In this document: positions 46,481 through 56,476 of the stretch, piece after piece
Numbering within the stretch: the stretch's first letter is position 1
How the letters are laid out: the number at the start of each line of letters is the position of its first letter
Program-made: the position numbers and the translations under genes
The notes under the pieces: generated by a model
What the model was told of the DNA's origin: nothing
The model's database searches: none
What the model saw: only the letters and a program-made list of their open reading frames with translations
Assembly: GCA_964636335.1 (NCBI GenBank)
Contig: CAZWRE010000156.1
Span: forward strand, 10,717 to 74,716
DNA: 64,000 nucleotides
DNA from: an uncultured Sedimenticola sp.
Lineage (GTDB): Bacteria; Pseudomonadota; Gammaproteobacteria; Chromatiales; Chromatiaceae
Direction of reading: 5' to 3'

Positions 46481-47119
46481 GTGGGTATAGGACGTCGGAT
46501 CAAGCATTTCACCGGCTTTGTCGCGCCTCATTGGTTGCTGTTTCGTGGCAGGCCGGCGGGCAGGAAAGTTGCGCTCAGTTTCGACGATGGGCCTCATCCG
46601 GAACATTCGCCGCGCATTCTCGATGTGCTTGGCGAGGCCGGGGTGAAGGCCACATTCTTCGTTGTCGGGGAGGAGGCGGAAAAGTACCCGATGCTGGTGA
46701 GGCGCATGCTGGATGAAGGGCATGAGGTCGCAAACCACAGTTATAGCCATTATGGCCTGGAACACAGCCCCCCGGCTGACTATCTCGCCGATATCCGGCA
46801 CTGCCAGGAACTGCTGGAGGATATCTGTGGATGCGAGCTGGGAAGGAGCTTCCGTCCACCTTATGGAATCGTCCATCCCAGGGTGTTCCTGGGCCTGATC
46901 CGCCAAGGTTACCGCATGGTGTTGTGGTCCGTGGACAGCGATGATTCACGCGTGGAGGATGCAAGACAATTGGTCGAAGGTTTTTCCCGAAAGTCCCTGG
47001 TGCCTGGCGATGTGGTGCTTTTGCATGAGGATTACCGGCACACCCTGGAAGCATTGCCGCAACTGTTGCGGATAATCGGCAAAAGGGAATTCGGCCTGGT
47101 CCGATGCCAGGAGCTGTGA
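46481..47119 (+). CDS. polysaccharide deacetylase (NodB/CE4)
   Basis: ALSFDDGP, NHSYSH, FRPPYG and VLLHE. Confidence 0.92.
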   Translation: MGIGRRIKHFTGFVAPHWLLFRGRPAGRKVALSFDDGPHPEHSPRILDVLGEAGVKATFFVVGEEAEKYPMLVRRMLDEGHEVANHSYSHYGLEHSPPADYLADIRHCQELLEDICGCELGRSFRPPYGIVHPRVFLGLIRQGYRMVLWSVDSDDSRVEDARQLVEGFSRKSLVPGDVVLLHEDYRHTLEALPQLLRIIGKREFGLVRCQEL

Positions 47120-47130
47120 GGAAACGAGGA

Positions 47131-48363
47131 ATGGATACTGCACGGGAAAGAGACGGTCGCCGAAAGCCACGTATTCTCTACCATCATCGCACCCAGGGGC
47201 GGGGGGGCGAGGGTGTGCATATCCGGGAAGTGGTACGCGCCCTGCGCAAGCTGGGCTGCCAGGTGGTTTTGCAGGAAGCGCCGGGTGTCGATGTCATGCA
47301 TGCCACGGAGACCAGGGCGGTACCGGCGGCAGATAAAACCGCGCCTTCCCTGTATTCCCGGTTTTTTCGCTATCTCACGCGGCATGCGCCCCAGTTTGTT
47401 TTCGAGGTGGCGGAACTGGCCTACAATCTGTGGGCCTGGCGCCACCTATCCCGGCGTATGAGCCGGGAGCAGGTTGATGTCTTTTATGAACGCTATGCGT
47501 TCTTCAGTTTTATAGGCACCTGGCTGGCCAGGCGGCGGAATATCCCTTCGGTTCTCGAAGTCAATGAAATTGCCGGTATAGAGAGAGCCAGGGGGCAGGC
47601 CCTGCCCTGGCTGGCAAAAAGGATGGAGGCGGCGGTGTTTCGGCGTGCGGACCGCATCCTGGTGGTTTCCAGCTTCCTCAAGCAGACCCTGGTGCAACGG
47701 GGTGTGGCAGGAGACAAGATTCACGTGATTCCCAATGCCGTGCGTGAAGATGCACTGGCGGATGGCAGCCAGCCCGGCGCCAGGGTTCGTGAGCGCCTGG
47801 GCCTGGGGGGACGCACGGTCGTGGGTTTTGTCGGCCAGATCGTGCGCTGGGACAGGCTGGATCTTCTCCTGGATGACATGGCGCGGTTGCGGCCGGAATG
47901 GCCGGATCTGCATCTTCTTGTTGTCGGCCCCTGCCGTTTCATGGACGAGTTGCGGGAGCAGGTGACGCGCCTGTCCCTGGAGCATGCGGTAACCCTGACC
48001 GGTCCGGTGGAGCGTGCGGATGTGGTGGGTTACATCGATGCCATGGATATCTGCGTCCTGCCCCATTCCAACCCCTTTGGTTCCCCCATTGTCATGTTCG
48101 AATACATGGCCCTGGGCAAGCCCGTGTTGGCGGTGGATGTTGGTCCGGTGAGGGATGTGATTGAGGATGGTGTCAATGGTTACCTGTTTCCCGCCGGGGA
48201 CAGGACAGCCTTCCGTGAGCGCCTGTCAGCCTTGCTGGCGGATCCCGTTCAGCGTGAAGCTGTTGGTGCCCGCGGATTGAAGGATGTTCGTGAGCGTCAT
48301 ACCTGGATCAGAAATGGTGAGCGCATCCTACGGATTATGGATGAACTGGTGGCAGGCGGGTGA
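47131..48363 (+). CDS. GT4 glycosyltransferase
   Basis: YERY, LEVN, IPNAV, GFVG and SPIVMFEYMALGKP. Confidence 0.9.
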   Translation: MDTARERDGRRKPRILYHHRTQGRGGEGVHIREVVRALRKLGCQVVLQEAPGVDVMHATETRAVPAADKTAPSLYSRFFRYLTRHAPQFVFEVAELAYNLWAWRHLSRRMSREQVDVFYERYAFFSFIGTWLARRRNIPSVLEVNEIAGIERARGQALPWLAKRMEAAVFRRADRILVVSSFLKQTLVQRGVAGDKIHVIPNAVREDALADGSQPGARVRERLGLGGRTVVGFVGQIVRWDRLDLLLDDMARLRPEWPDLHLLVVGPCRFMDELREQVTRLSLEHAVTLTGPVERADVVGYIDAMDICVLPHSNPFGSPIVMFEYMALGKPVLAVDVGPVRDVIEDGVNGYLFPAGDRTAFRERLSALLADPVQREAVGARGLKDVRERHTWIRNGERILRIMDELVAGG

Positions 48364-48389
48364 AAAAAGGCCGCTGATGCGGCCTTGTT
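48363..48389. terminator. intrinsic terminator between convergent genes
   Basis: AAAAAAGGCCGC-TGAT-GCGGCCTTGTT; U-tract on the minus strand. Confidence 0.75.
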
Positions 48390-48435
48390 GTCGATCCGGC
48401 CCCCCGGCGTGGCCGGATCGGTTTCTTCCGGTGGT

Positions 48436-50625
48436 CTATTCAAAATCGCTGGAGAACAGCAGTTGCAGCTCTCCGGACTTGGCAACATGGAAGGATGTGC
48501 CGGTGCCGGTTTCGAAGTAGAGAGTGTTGTTTTCCCCCGTGCCGAGATTTGACGCATAGAGGCTGTTGTTGACATAGACCTCGTAGATACCGGGCTCCAT
48601 GCCGGTAAGCAGGTGGCGTGTGACGGTCTGGGTGTGCGGCGGGTTGTAGATGAGTTCTTTCTGCAGATTCGTGTTTTTCGAGAACATCGCCACCAGGGCA
48701 GCATCCGCGGCATCGATGTTGATGCCTTTCATGTTGCCGGTAGTGGAGCTTATTTCCGCTACCGGATCCATCTGTCCTGCCGAACTGTCAGCTGTCTGAA
48801 ATACCGAGAACAGCTGCAGGTCCGTGGATCCATTGACCTGTTCCAGCTCCACCCTGTGCACATCGAGTGGGGGGATGCTGCTGGAACGCTCCGCGGAAGC
48901 GTCGTATACCGAGATTTGGAATGTCGTGCCGAAAGGACGCAGGAACAGTTTTGCCGCGCCACGGCTGATACTTACCAGGTCACCACTTACCGTGGGCAGT
49001 TCAGCGAAATGCCACTGCAGGGTTACCCTGTTGGCCGTTGTGGTTGGCTGAATGTTGTCCAGCACGATGATATGGTCTGGAGGAAGGAAAGCCACTTCCC
49101 TGCGGTACGAGGAGGCAGAAGGTGCTCCGCCGTCCGTGTAATTGCCGTAATCGAAGTCATAGGCCTGTTCCAGCTTGTCGGACAGGAAGTAGGCGAACTT
49201 GTGCGCTATTCCGGTAACATCAAAGGTGACGTCCGGCGTCTCATTCTCCTGATAAGGGGCGTGGTAATGGTCACCCGTGATCGTGAGGATATTGGCGAAT
49301 TCTGATTCCCATTGCCATGTGTCCGCATCCACCAGGAGGATTTCCCCCCGGGAGCCGATCTTGACCTCTCCGAGGTTGTACTCGCCCTGGTCGTTTTCTT
49401 GCAGGCCGCCAATTACGTCCACATAGGTCGCCATGGTGTTGTTCCAGTCGTCACCCCGGGCCATGCCGTGCCCCTTCATGCCATAGTGCAGGCCCCCCAT
49501 GTTGGCGCTGGTTGGCTGAATCTCCGCAATGTCAGGATTGGCGAAGAGGAAGTTTTCCCACAATTCCTCCGAGGTTTCCGCTTGCATGTGATTCGCACCC
49601 CACTGGGCAATTCCCCGTAGTGTTGAGTTGACGGGAGTGAAAGAAGCAAGAAAGCGCAGGGTGCTGTCTCGTGGATCGCCCTTGGTATCACCGGACCAGG
49701 ATCCGTTGTCAGAGACATAGTCCAGTGAGGGATAAAGAATATGAAGCTGGCTCTTTACCAGGTCTTCGTGCCAGTTGGTTTCCTTCCAGTGGTTGTTCAG
49801 ATCTGTGCCGCTGGTGAGCGCAGTGGGATACAGCAGGTATTCACGAACCGCCCAGTGGCCATAGTTCCAGCCTTCCTGCCATTCACCTCCGTCGAACAGG
49901 CCATTGATCAGGGGCAGTACCTCGGTGGCCCACATGGTTTCCGCGCGGCTCAACCATGCCGGCTGGTAGCCGGGATCGCCTGCCAGCCCGATGGCCGCGG
50001 TATAGACCATGGAGAAAAAGCCGGCGTAGTAGTTGTCCGTCGGATCATGAGGGGAAAAGGCGTCGGGACTGGTGAACACCCAGGTAATCCATTCGTCCAG
50101 GCGGGTGTTGATGTCACGAATCAGTGTGGAAGTCAGTCCGGGTGCTCCGTCCAGCCAGTCGCGGCCCACGGGCAGGGACATTCCGTAACTGCGTGCCCCG
50201 TAGCCGGAATCATGGGTGATCGAGCTTGCTCCACCCTGGCCGTTGCCTATGACTCCGGATCCATAACCTCCTCCGGCATCGTAGGTGAGCGCGCGCAGGT
50301 AGATGATGGCCTCCTGGGCATAGGTGGCATTGCCGGTGACCCGATAGGCCAGGGCATAGTTCAGCATGTAGCGTTGCCAGTCCAGCCCCTGGTAGTAGTC
50401 GGGCATGTTGTCCCCGATATGGCTGTCACACCAGTTTTTCAGTGCCTGCCATTCGGGCGTATTGGCTGCGGCATTGGCTTTCAGCCTGTTGATGGTGGCA
50501 TCGTCCAGCCAGATGCGGGGGTGGCTGGCATTTACGCCGGCAACCACCGGGTGGAGCCAGAAAAAAACCAGCATCAGCAGCGGTAAAAGTGCGTGACGGA
50601 TCGGAAATCGAGACCTGCTTTTCAT
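48436..50625 (-). CDS. secreted heparinase II/III-like (alpha-toroid plus beta-sandwich) protein with a C-terminal DFE motif
   Basis: Signal peptide, HPRIWL, ALAYRVTG, DNYYAGF and GGEWQEGWNYG; ends LLFSSDFE. Confidence 0.65.
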   Translation of the reverse strand: MKSRSRFPIRHALLPLLMLVFFWLHPVVAGVNASHPRIWLDDATINRLKANAAANTPEWQALKNWCDSHIGDNMPDYYQGLDWQRYMLNYALAYRVTGNATYAQEAIIYLRALTYDAGGGYGSGVIGNGQGGASSITHDSGYGARSYGMSLPVGRDWLDGAPGLTSTLIRDINTRLDEWITWVFTSPDAFSPHDPTDNYYAGFFSMVYTAAIGLAGDPGYQPAWLSRAETMWATEVLPLINGLFDGGEWQEGWNYGHWAVREYLLYPTALTSGTDLNNHWKETNWHEDLVKSQLHILYPSLDYVSDNGSWSGDTKGDPRDSTLRFLASFTPVNSTLRGIAQWGANHMQAETSEELWENFLFANPDIAEIQPTSANMGGLHYGMKGHGMARGDDWNNTMATYVDVIGGLQENDQGEYNLGEVKIGSRGEILLVDADTWQWESEFANILTITGDHYHAPYQENETPDVTFDVTGIAHKFAYFLSDKLEQAYDFDYGNYTDGGAPSASSYRREVAFLPPDHIIVLDNIQPTTTANRVTLQWHFAELPTVSGDLVSISRGAAKLFLRPFGTTFQISVYDASAERSSSIPPLDVHRVELEQVNGSTDLQLFSVFQTADSSAGQMDPVAEISSTTGNMKGINIDAADAALVAMFSKNTNLQKELIYNPPHTQTVTRHLLTGMEPGIYEVYVNNSLYASNLGTGENNTLYFETGTGTSFHVAKSGELQLLFSSDFE

Positions 50626-50829
50626 GTTTGGGTTACTGCTGTAGTTGAGTTGAGGGTGGCCGGATTACGCAAACGTCAGGTTTGACCACGAAATTCCTGT
50701 TCAGTGCCAAGACTATCCCCATTTTTTGTTCTTTTCCGGGAATAACCGGCGCTTATGTGATGGGGAGCACAAGGGGTGGTTGGCAAACAGGCGTTTTGTG
50801 AGGGAGTTGTCGTACCGGCAAGCCGGATC

Positions 50830-52281
50830 TCAGTGCTTTCTGAGTTTGCCGAGAATATGCAGGGCGGAGCGGAATTCACTGTTGCAGAACAGCCATGCCA
50901 GGGAGAGATAGATTGCTGCTCCGATGCCGGTTTCCAGTATCAGGAGGGTGATTCTGCCCAGGTCGTCCACGAACACCATGTGAATGGTGCGAACGGCCGC
51001 AAACATGATGCCCGCGATGACTAACGGGGGAAATACCGTTTTGGCAAATGCCCGGGAATCTATCTCCAGGTTTCTGATGGTAACCCGGGAGGTAAGGGCA
51101 TAGGATAGTGGCATGCTTACCAGCCAGCCGATACACAGCCCCAGAATGCCGTTCCAGACAGCGCCGACATAGAGGGAAGGGGTGGTAATGGAAATGATTA
51201 TCATCCAGTTTTTCAGCGCCTCCCGGGGTTTGCCGATGGCTTCCAGCACGGGATCCATGAGTTCCTGGGACATGCGGAAGGGAAGAATCAGCGGCAGGAG
51301 CGTTGCCGGCAGTACCGCTGCCAGCCATTTCTCACCCAGCAGCGTGGGTATCAAGACGGGTGATATGGCTGCCAGCCCGAAGAATATCGGGAAAGCAATG
51401 AGCATGGTCAGGCCGTTGGCCTTGAGGTAATAGGCATTCAGTTTCCCCCCAGGCTGGTGATGAATCCTGGCGTAGGCGGGCAGTGCCACCTGTTTGACGA
51501 TAGGTGTGAGTTTGTTCAGGGGGATGTGTGAAAGCTGGATGGCAATGGCGTAGATGCCCACCATTTCCGTGCTCCACAGGCGACCACCGATAAATACGTC
51601 CATGCTCGAGAAGATGAACCAGGCAAAGGTGGTAAGTGTCTGTGCGCCGCCGAAGGAGATGAGTGGCAGGGAATGGTTGAACCAGAAGCGGGGCAGCGCC
51701 AGTATGGGGTTGACCAGGTTGAGCAGCAAGGCACGCAGGGCGACTTCACTCATGTAACCCCAGATCAGTGCCCACACTCCCAGTCCCCGCCAGGCAAGCC
51801 AAAGGGTAAACAGGGCGGCGGTTGCGGAGGCTGCCAGCTCGGAAAGGGAGCGGCGCTTGAACTGCATTTCCCGGGTGAGCATGGCGCTGGGCAATGTCTC
51901 CAGGGAAGAGATCATCAGTACCAGGGGCAGTACGTGAAGAATGGGTATCAGACGCTCGTCCTTGTAATACTCGGCGGCCCATGGGGCCAGCAACACCATT
52001 CCCATGGCAAGGACCAGGTTGACCAGCAACAACAGGCCGAAGATTTCCCGCACCTGGCGGTGGGAGAAGGATGCAGCCTGGATCAGCGCTGTGCCCAGCC
52101 CCGCGCTGGCGAAGACTTCGAAGAAGGAAAGCACCACTCCGGCCATGGCCATGAGGCCGTAGTCGTCAGGGTTGAGGATGCGGATGACCAGAAAGGTCAC
52201 ACCCCAGCGGATGATCTGTGCTGCAAACTTGGAAACCGTCACCCATTTCAGGGAATGGGCGACTTCTCGGGTTATGCTCAT
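50830..52281 (-). CDS. wzx: Wzx-type polysaccharide flippase
   Basis: RILNPDDYGLMAM, GLGTALIQ, GLGVWAL and LLGEKW; many TM helices; start at ATG 52281. Confidence 0.88.
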   Translation of the reverse strand: MSITREVAHSLKWVTVSKFAAQIIRWGVTFLVIRILNPDDYGLMAMAGVVLSFFEVFASAGLGTALIQAASFSHRQVREIFGLLLLVNLVLAMGMVLLAPWAAEYYKDERLIPILHVLPLVLMISSLETLPSAMLTREMQFKRRSLSELAASATAALFTLWLAWRGLGVWALIWGYMSEVALRALLLNLVNPILALPRFWFNHSLPLISFGGAQTLTTFAWFIFSSMDVFIGGRLWSTEMVGIYAIAIQLSHIPLNKLTPIVKQVALPAYARIHHQPGGKLNAYYLKANGLTMLIAFPIFFGLAAISPVLIPTLLGEKWLAAVLPATLLPLILPFRMSQELMDPVLEAIGKPREALKNWMIIISITTPSLYVGAVWNGILGLCIGWLVSMPLSYALTSRVTIRNLEIDSRAFAKTVFPPLVIAGIMFAAVRTIHMVFVDDLGRITLLILETGIGAAIYLSLAWLFCNSEFRSALHILGKLRKH

Positions 52282-52453
52282 TCTGTCGTTCAGATCCCTT
52301 GTATGGTCAGGATGAGACCTTGGCGTGGTGGGAAGTGAAGGGTGAAAGCCTGTTTGATCCCATGCCCTGGCAGCTTCGAAGAATACCATTTTCTGTCCCT
52401 TGGCGTATGATTGGACGCAGGTGGAGAACAAGCGAAATACAGAGGCGGGCTTC

Positions 52454-54151
52454 ATGATTGGCCGACGACAGGGTTGCTGGTGGAAGGTGTGTGTGGCAAT
52501 GCTGCTGTTGCCCACCGGCCTGTGCGCCGCTGTTCCGCCCCTGGTCGATGAGCCGGGAGACAACCAGCGGGCATGGAGCCGTTTCGAAAACTGGGTGCGC
52601 GATGCCGTGTCCGGGAGGGATCCATACGGATTCCGGGCCAGGGATGCCGCTTTGGCGGGCCGGCTTTCGGGCAGAAAACTCTATTGCCAGTTGGCTGTTG
52701 CCATGGTGGAGGAACAGGTTGCCATGGCGGAACAGGCCATTGCGGCAGGAGACAGGCCGGAGATATCCGGAGACTCCTACCTGCAGGTCGGTCCCATGCT
52801 GGCGGATCTGGCGGTAACCATGGACTGGTGTGGTGATCTGCTGAAGCAGAAACAGAAGGCGCGTTGGTCGGCCTATGCGGAGCAGACCCTGGACAACGTG
52901 TGGAATCCCGCGGATGCCAGTTGGGGAGGGAAAGCTCATCCCTGGTCAGGCTGGGGCATCGACAACCCGGGCAATAACTACTATTACAGTTTTCTTGAGG
53001 CCACGGAATACTGGGCGTTGGCCAGTGGTTCCCGGCGATGGCTCAAGCTGCTGCGGGAAGATAAGTGGCCCCGGGTGGCTGCCTATTTCGATGGCTATCA
53101 TGGCGGCGGCAGCCGGGAAGGCACGGCTTACGGACTGTCGCATGCACGGCTGTTCGAGGTTTACCGTGCCTGGAGGAGAGCGGGACAGGCGCCCATTCCT
53201 GTTCTGGATCGGCTGGCCCGGGAAAGCATGAGCTATTGGCTGCATGCCACGGTGCCCACTCTGGACATGGTGGCGGCCATTGGTGATCAGGCAAGGGTAT
53301 CCATGCCGGTGATGTACGACTACCACCGTAAGTTGATGTTGCTGGCTCATGCCCTGGTGCCGGAGGGTGAGGAAGCCCGTCAGGCGGCCTGGTGGCTGAA
53401 GCATATCAGTGTCGGGAAAATGAAGGATGGCGCAAACTTTCGCTACGATCTCCTGCCCGTGGGTCGGGAAACACCGCCCCGGTCACTCTGGTATTACTCC
53501 GCGGGGGCGGGGCATCTGTTTGCCCGTACGGCCTGGAACAAGGATGCGTTGTGGTTGTCCTTTGTTGCCGGCAAGTATGATGAGGATCATGCCCACCAGG
53601 ATCAGGGGGCGTTTGCCCTGTTTCAACGCAAGTGGCTGGCGGTCACGGAAAACGTTTTCACCCATAGCGGCATACAGCAGGGTACGGATGTCCACAATAT
53701 GCTGCGTTTTGTCGCTCCGGGGGGGGATATAGGGCAGCGGTTCAGCGAGAACCACCTGCGGATTGAGGAGAAGGACGGCAGGCTGAGTATTCACGCTGAC
53801 CTGTCACCCGCCTATGAGTCCAGTCCCCTGGTTTCCCGCTGGATCCGGCAGCTGGACTTCGGGAACAAAGAGGTGGTTGTTGTCGATGAATACCAGGTGG
53901 ATGCGTCGGTCCAGGCCTTCTGGCAGATCAATGTGCCGGAGAAGCCCCGCCGCAGGGGAAAGGACATCCTTGCGGGGAAACTCTGCATACGTCCCCTGGA
54001 GCCGGCTGAGCCGGTGGTGCGCATCGTCCATTGGCCGGAGGTGCAGCGGGAATATGAAACCTTCCGTGAAGGCTGGAAGGTGGAATTCGGTGGTGGACGG
54101 GGCCGCTACAGGATCAGTCTCTTTCCCGGTGGTTGTCCGCCGGATTCATGA
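52454..54151 (+). CDS. secreted heparinase II/III-like polysaccharide lyase candidate
   Basis: Signal-like N-terminus; NNYYYSF, GGSREGTAYG, HAHQDQG and VHNML motifs. Confidence 0.65.
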   Translation: MIGRRQGCWWKVCVAMLLLPTGLCAAVPPLVDEPGDNQRAWSRFENWVRDAVSGRDPYGFRARDAALAGRLSGRKLYCQLAVAMVEEQVAMAEQAIAAGDRPEISGDSYLQVGPMLADLAVTMDWCGDLLKQKQKARWSAYAEQTLDNVWNPADASWGGKAHPWSGWGIDNPGNNYYYSFLEATEYWALASGSRRWLKLLREDKWPRVAAYFDGYHGGGSREGTAYGLSHARLFEVYRAWRRAGQAPIPVLDRLARESMSYWLHATVPTLDMVAAIGDQARVSMPVMYDYHRKLMLLAHALVPEGEEARQAAWWLKHISVGKMKDGANFRYDLLPVGRETPPRSLWYYSAGAGHLFARTAWNKDALWLSFVAGKYDEDHAHQDQGAFALFQRKWLAVTENVFTHSGIQQGTDVHNMLRFVAPGGDIGQRFSENHLRIEEKDGRLSIHADLSPAYESSPLVSRWIRQLDFGNKEVVVVDEYQVDASVQAFWQINVPEKPRRRGKDILAGKLCIRPLEPAEPVVRIVHWPEVQREYETFREGWKVEFGGGRGRYRISLFPGGCPPDS

Positions 54152-55309
54152 AGGGCAGTTTGCCGGTGGCGGCAGGATATAGTTCCGGAAATCATTGGGA
54201 TTGCCTTTTTCTCCGGCTTCCGCTGCCTTGATGATGTTGTACATCTCCCGGGTGGAAACATAGTGCAGCACATAATTTTCGCCATCGTTGTAGCGGGTTT
54301 CCAGATAGTGGAACATGGCATCCACGGGCTCACCCAGCAGCGCGTCCAAGTCACAGTCCTGCGTGCCGTGGGTATGTACCTTGATGAACAACCATTCCGG
54401 GCGTCCCTTCACGTGGATGCCGGCCTTCACCCACAGGTCCACCCGATCTGGAGTGGGTGGATAGCTGGCGCGGATATCGGAGTTCTCGATACGAGGCAGC
54501 AGCCCCCACTTGCGGTTTTTCCAGTTAAGCATCAGCGGCCCCTGGACGATCATCAGGTCGCCCCAGGGCTTGCCTCCCACAGTAACGTCCCGACCCCGGT
54601 CGTGTGACTTGGGCTGCCGCGGGTTGTCCTTGGCATAGTAGATGGCGTTGACCTTGCTGGTCTGGGTGGCGCTGGGTGCGGAAGGCAGGGTGAAGTCCGC
54701 ATAACAGCCTTCCTCCCTGAGAATGATCAGTTCGTTGTTGATGCCGCAGTTGGAACCGTCTGGTTCCGAGTTGTCCAGGGCCCAGTTGCCGTGCACGAAT
54801 CCCCAGGCCAGGCCATCTCCGCCCGGCCAGCGGCTGAGGGCGCCGTGGGTTTCGTGCAGGTTGCGGGTAAAACGGGAAAGCTTGTCACGCAATCCGGCTT
54901 CCGTGTCCCTGTCGTGGTGCAGGTGAATCTCGATTTCCCCCAAGCCCTCGCGGCACATGGCTTCTATCTTGTCCAGGTGTTCCTTGCGATATTCCTCTTC
55001 CGGATAATAGAAGCAGTGCTTTGGATGGCAGCCGTCCGCATCCTGGTGTCGGCGTGCCAGGGCGGGATAGCCTTCCGCCCAGCGATCCACCCTTCTTACC
55101 TCTGTCTCGTAGTCCGCATTCGACCAGCGCGGCTCGAAGTGATCCACGAAGCAGAACATGACATGGGTGGGACCCGAATGGGAAGGGCGATGCCTGTGCC
55201 TGATATAGTCGGGCAGCCAGATATGCATCTGCTTGGCGCGGATTTCCCGTAGCAGAATCAGACCAGCGGCGAATCCTGTGAGTAATAGCAGTATCAGCAG
55301 TATGGTCAT
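54146..55309 (-). CDS. membrane-anchored conserved protein, possible metal-dependent carbohydrate esterase/hydrolase
   Basis: N-terminal TM; FVDHFEP, EIHLHH, HGNWALDNS and KVHTHG motifs. Confidence 0.6.
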   Translation of the reverse strand: MTILLILLLLTGFAAGLILLREIRAKQMHIWLPDYIRHRHRPSHSGPTHVMFCFVDHFEPRWSNADYETEVRRVDRWAEGYPALARRHQDADGCHPKHCFYYPEEEYRKEHLDKIEAMCREGLGEIEIHLHHDRDTEAGLRDKLSRFTRNLHETHGALSRWPGGDGLAWGFVHGNWALDNSEPDGSNCGINNELIILREEGCYADFTLPSAPSATQTSKVNAIYYAKDNPRQPKSHDRGRDVTVGGKPWGDLMIVQGPLMLNWKNRKWGLLPRIENSDIRASYPPTPDRVDLWVKAGIHVKGRPEWLFIKVHTHGTQDCDLDALLGEPVDAMFHYLETRYNDGENYVLHYVSTREMYNIIKAAEAGEKGNPNDFRNYILPPPANCPS

Positions 55310-56475
55310 GGTTCCCTGTTTCCCTCGATATTGAACATGTCCAGCATTTGCCGGGTGTTTTCATCCCATGAAAATTTCAGCGCATGACCGTGGATGGCTT
55401 CCCGGTTCCAGGAACCGGTCAGGGCCAGGCCCAGGTTTTTCGACAGCGCCTGTATGTCGCCAGCTTCCGACAGCAACCCGGTATTGTCTCCAATTACCTC
55501 GGGAATGCCGCCCACGTTCGAAGCGACAACCGGCGTGCCGCAAGCCATGGCTTCCAGTAGCACGTTAGGCACGCCTTCATTGTAGCTGGGCAGGCACACC
55601 AAGTTTGCGGCATTGTACCAGTGGTTCAGGTCGGCATGATTTACCTTGCCCAGGAGAATCACACGGTTTTCCAGGTTGGCATGGGCGGCGGTGGCTGCCA
55701 TGGTTTCCCGCATGGCGCCAGAACCGGCTACATACAGTTTCAGGTCCGGGTGTTGCGGGGCCAGGCGTACGAAGGCTTCTACCAGGTCGACGCAACCCTT
55801 TTCTCTTTTCAGATTGCCCACGTAGAGAATGATCCGGGAGTCCCCGATGCCCAGAGTGGCTCGGGCCTGCTCCCTGGGCAGGGGGTGGAAGCGCTGGTGG
55901 TCTATGCCATTGTAGATGACGTTGATCTTCTGCCCGGGAACGCCCATTGCCTCCATTTTCTTCTTCAGGGCGGCGCTGACTGAAGCGACGCCTCTTACCT
56001 GTTTTCCCCAGGCCCGGATCTGGTTCCGTATCGATGCCTGCCTGGCGATGACGTTGATGTCACTGCCATGTACCTTGACAAAAGCCGGTATGCCCAGCTT
56101 GCCGGCAATGCGAGTGCCGGCGCTGCCCTCGGGGTAGGCCCATGACGAGAGCAGCAGGTCGGGCCGGAATGACTTTATCAGCTTGCCGCATTGCAACTCC
56201 AGGGAAACTTGCAGGGATCTGCCGTAGGAAGCGCGAAACAATCCCGGTGTGTACCAGTACCAGGGATAGACCGCCTTTCCTTCCAGGGGGTGGGGGGGCA
56301 GAGGAGTGGCTCTCTGTCTGCCATGGTGAAGACGCTCTTTCCAGCTCACGGGCACGATGAGCTGGATATCCAGGTGTTCCGCGAGATGGTTGAACTGCTG
56401 AAAGTTGAAGGTGCCCCGCTGGTGATCCCAGGGGGTGGGATAGAGATTGGTGATGATCAGCAGGCGGGGTTTCAT
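55306..56475 (-). CDS. GT4 glycosyltransferase
   Basis: HGSDI, IYNGID, YVGNLKREKG and EGVPNVLLEAMACG. Confidence 0.92.
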   Translation of the reverse strand: MKPRLLIITNLYPTPWDHQRGTFNFQQFNHLAEHLDIQLIVPVSWKERLHHGRQRATPLPPHPLEGKAVYPWYWYTPGLFRASYGRSLQVSLELQCGKLIKSFRPDLLLSSWAYPEGSAGTRIAGKLGIPAFVKVHGSDINVIARQASIRNQIRAWGKQVRGVASVSAALKKKMEAMGVPGQKINVIYNGIDHQRFHPLPREQARATLGIGDSRIILYVGNLKREKGCVDLVEAFVRLAPQHPDLKLYVAGSGAMRETMAATAAHANLENRVILLGKVNHADLNHWYNAANLVCLPSYNEGVPNVLLEAMACGTPVVASNVGGIPEVIGDNTGLLSEAGDIQALSKNLGLALTGSWNREAIHGHALKFSWDENTRQMLDMFNIEGNREP

Positions 56476-56476
56476 G

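Noticed and set aside
52282..52563. N-terminal extension of wzx in the ORF track
   Set aside because: Overlaps the divergent lyase-like gene; flippase-like sequence starts at 52281
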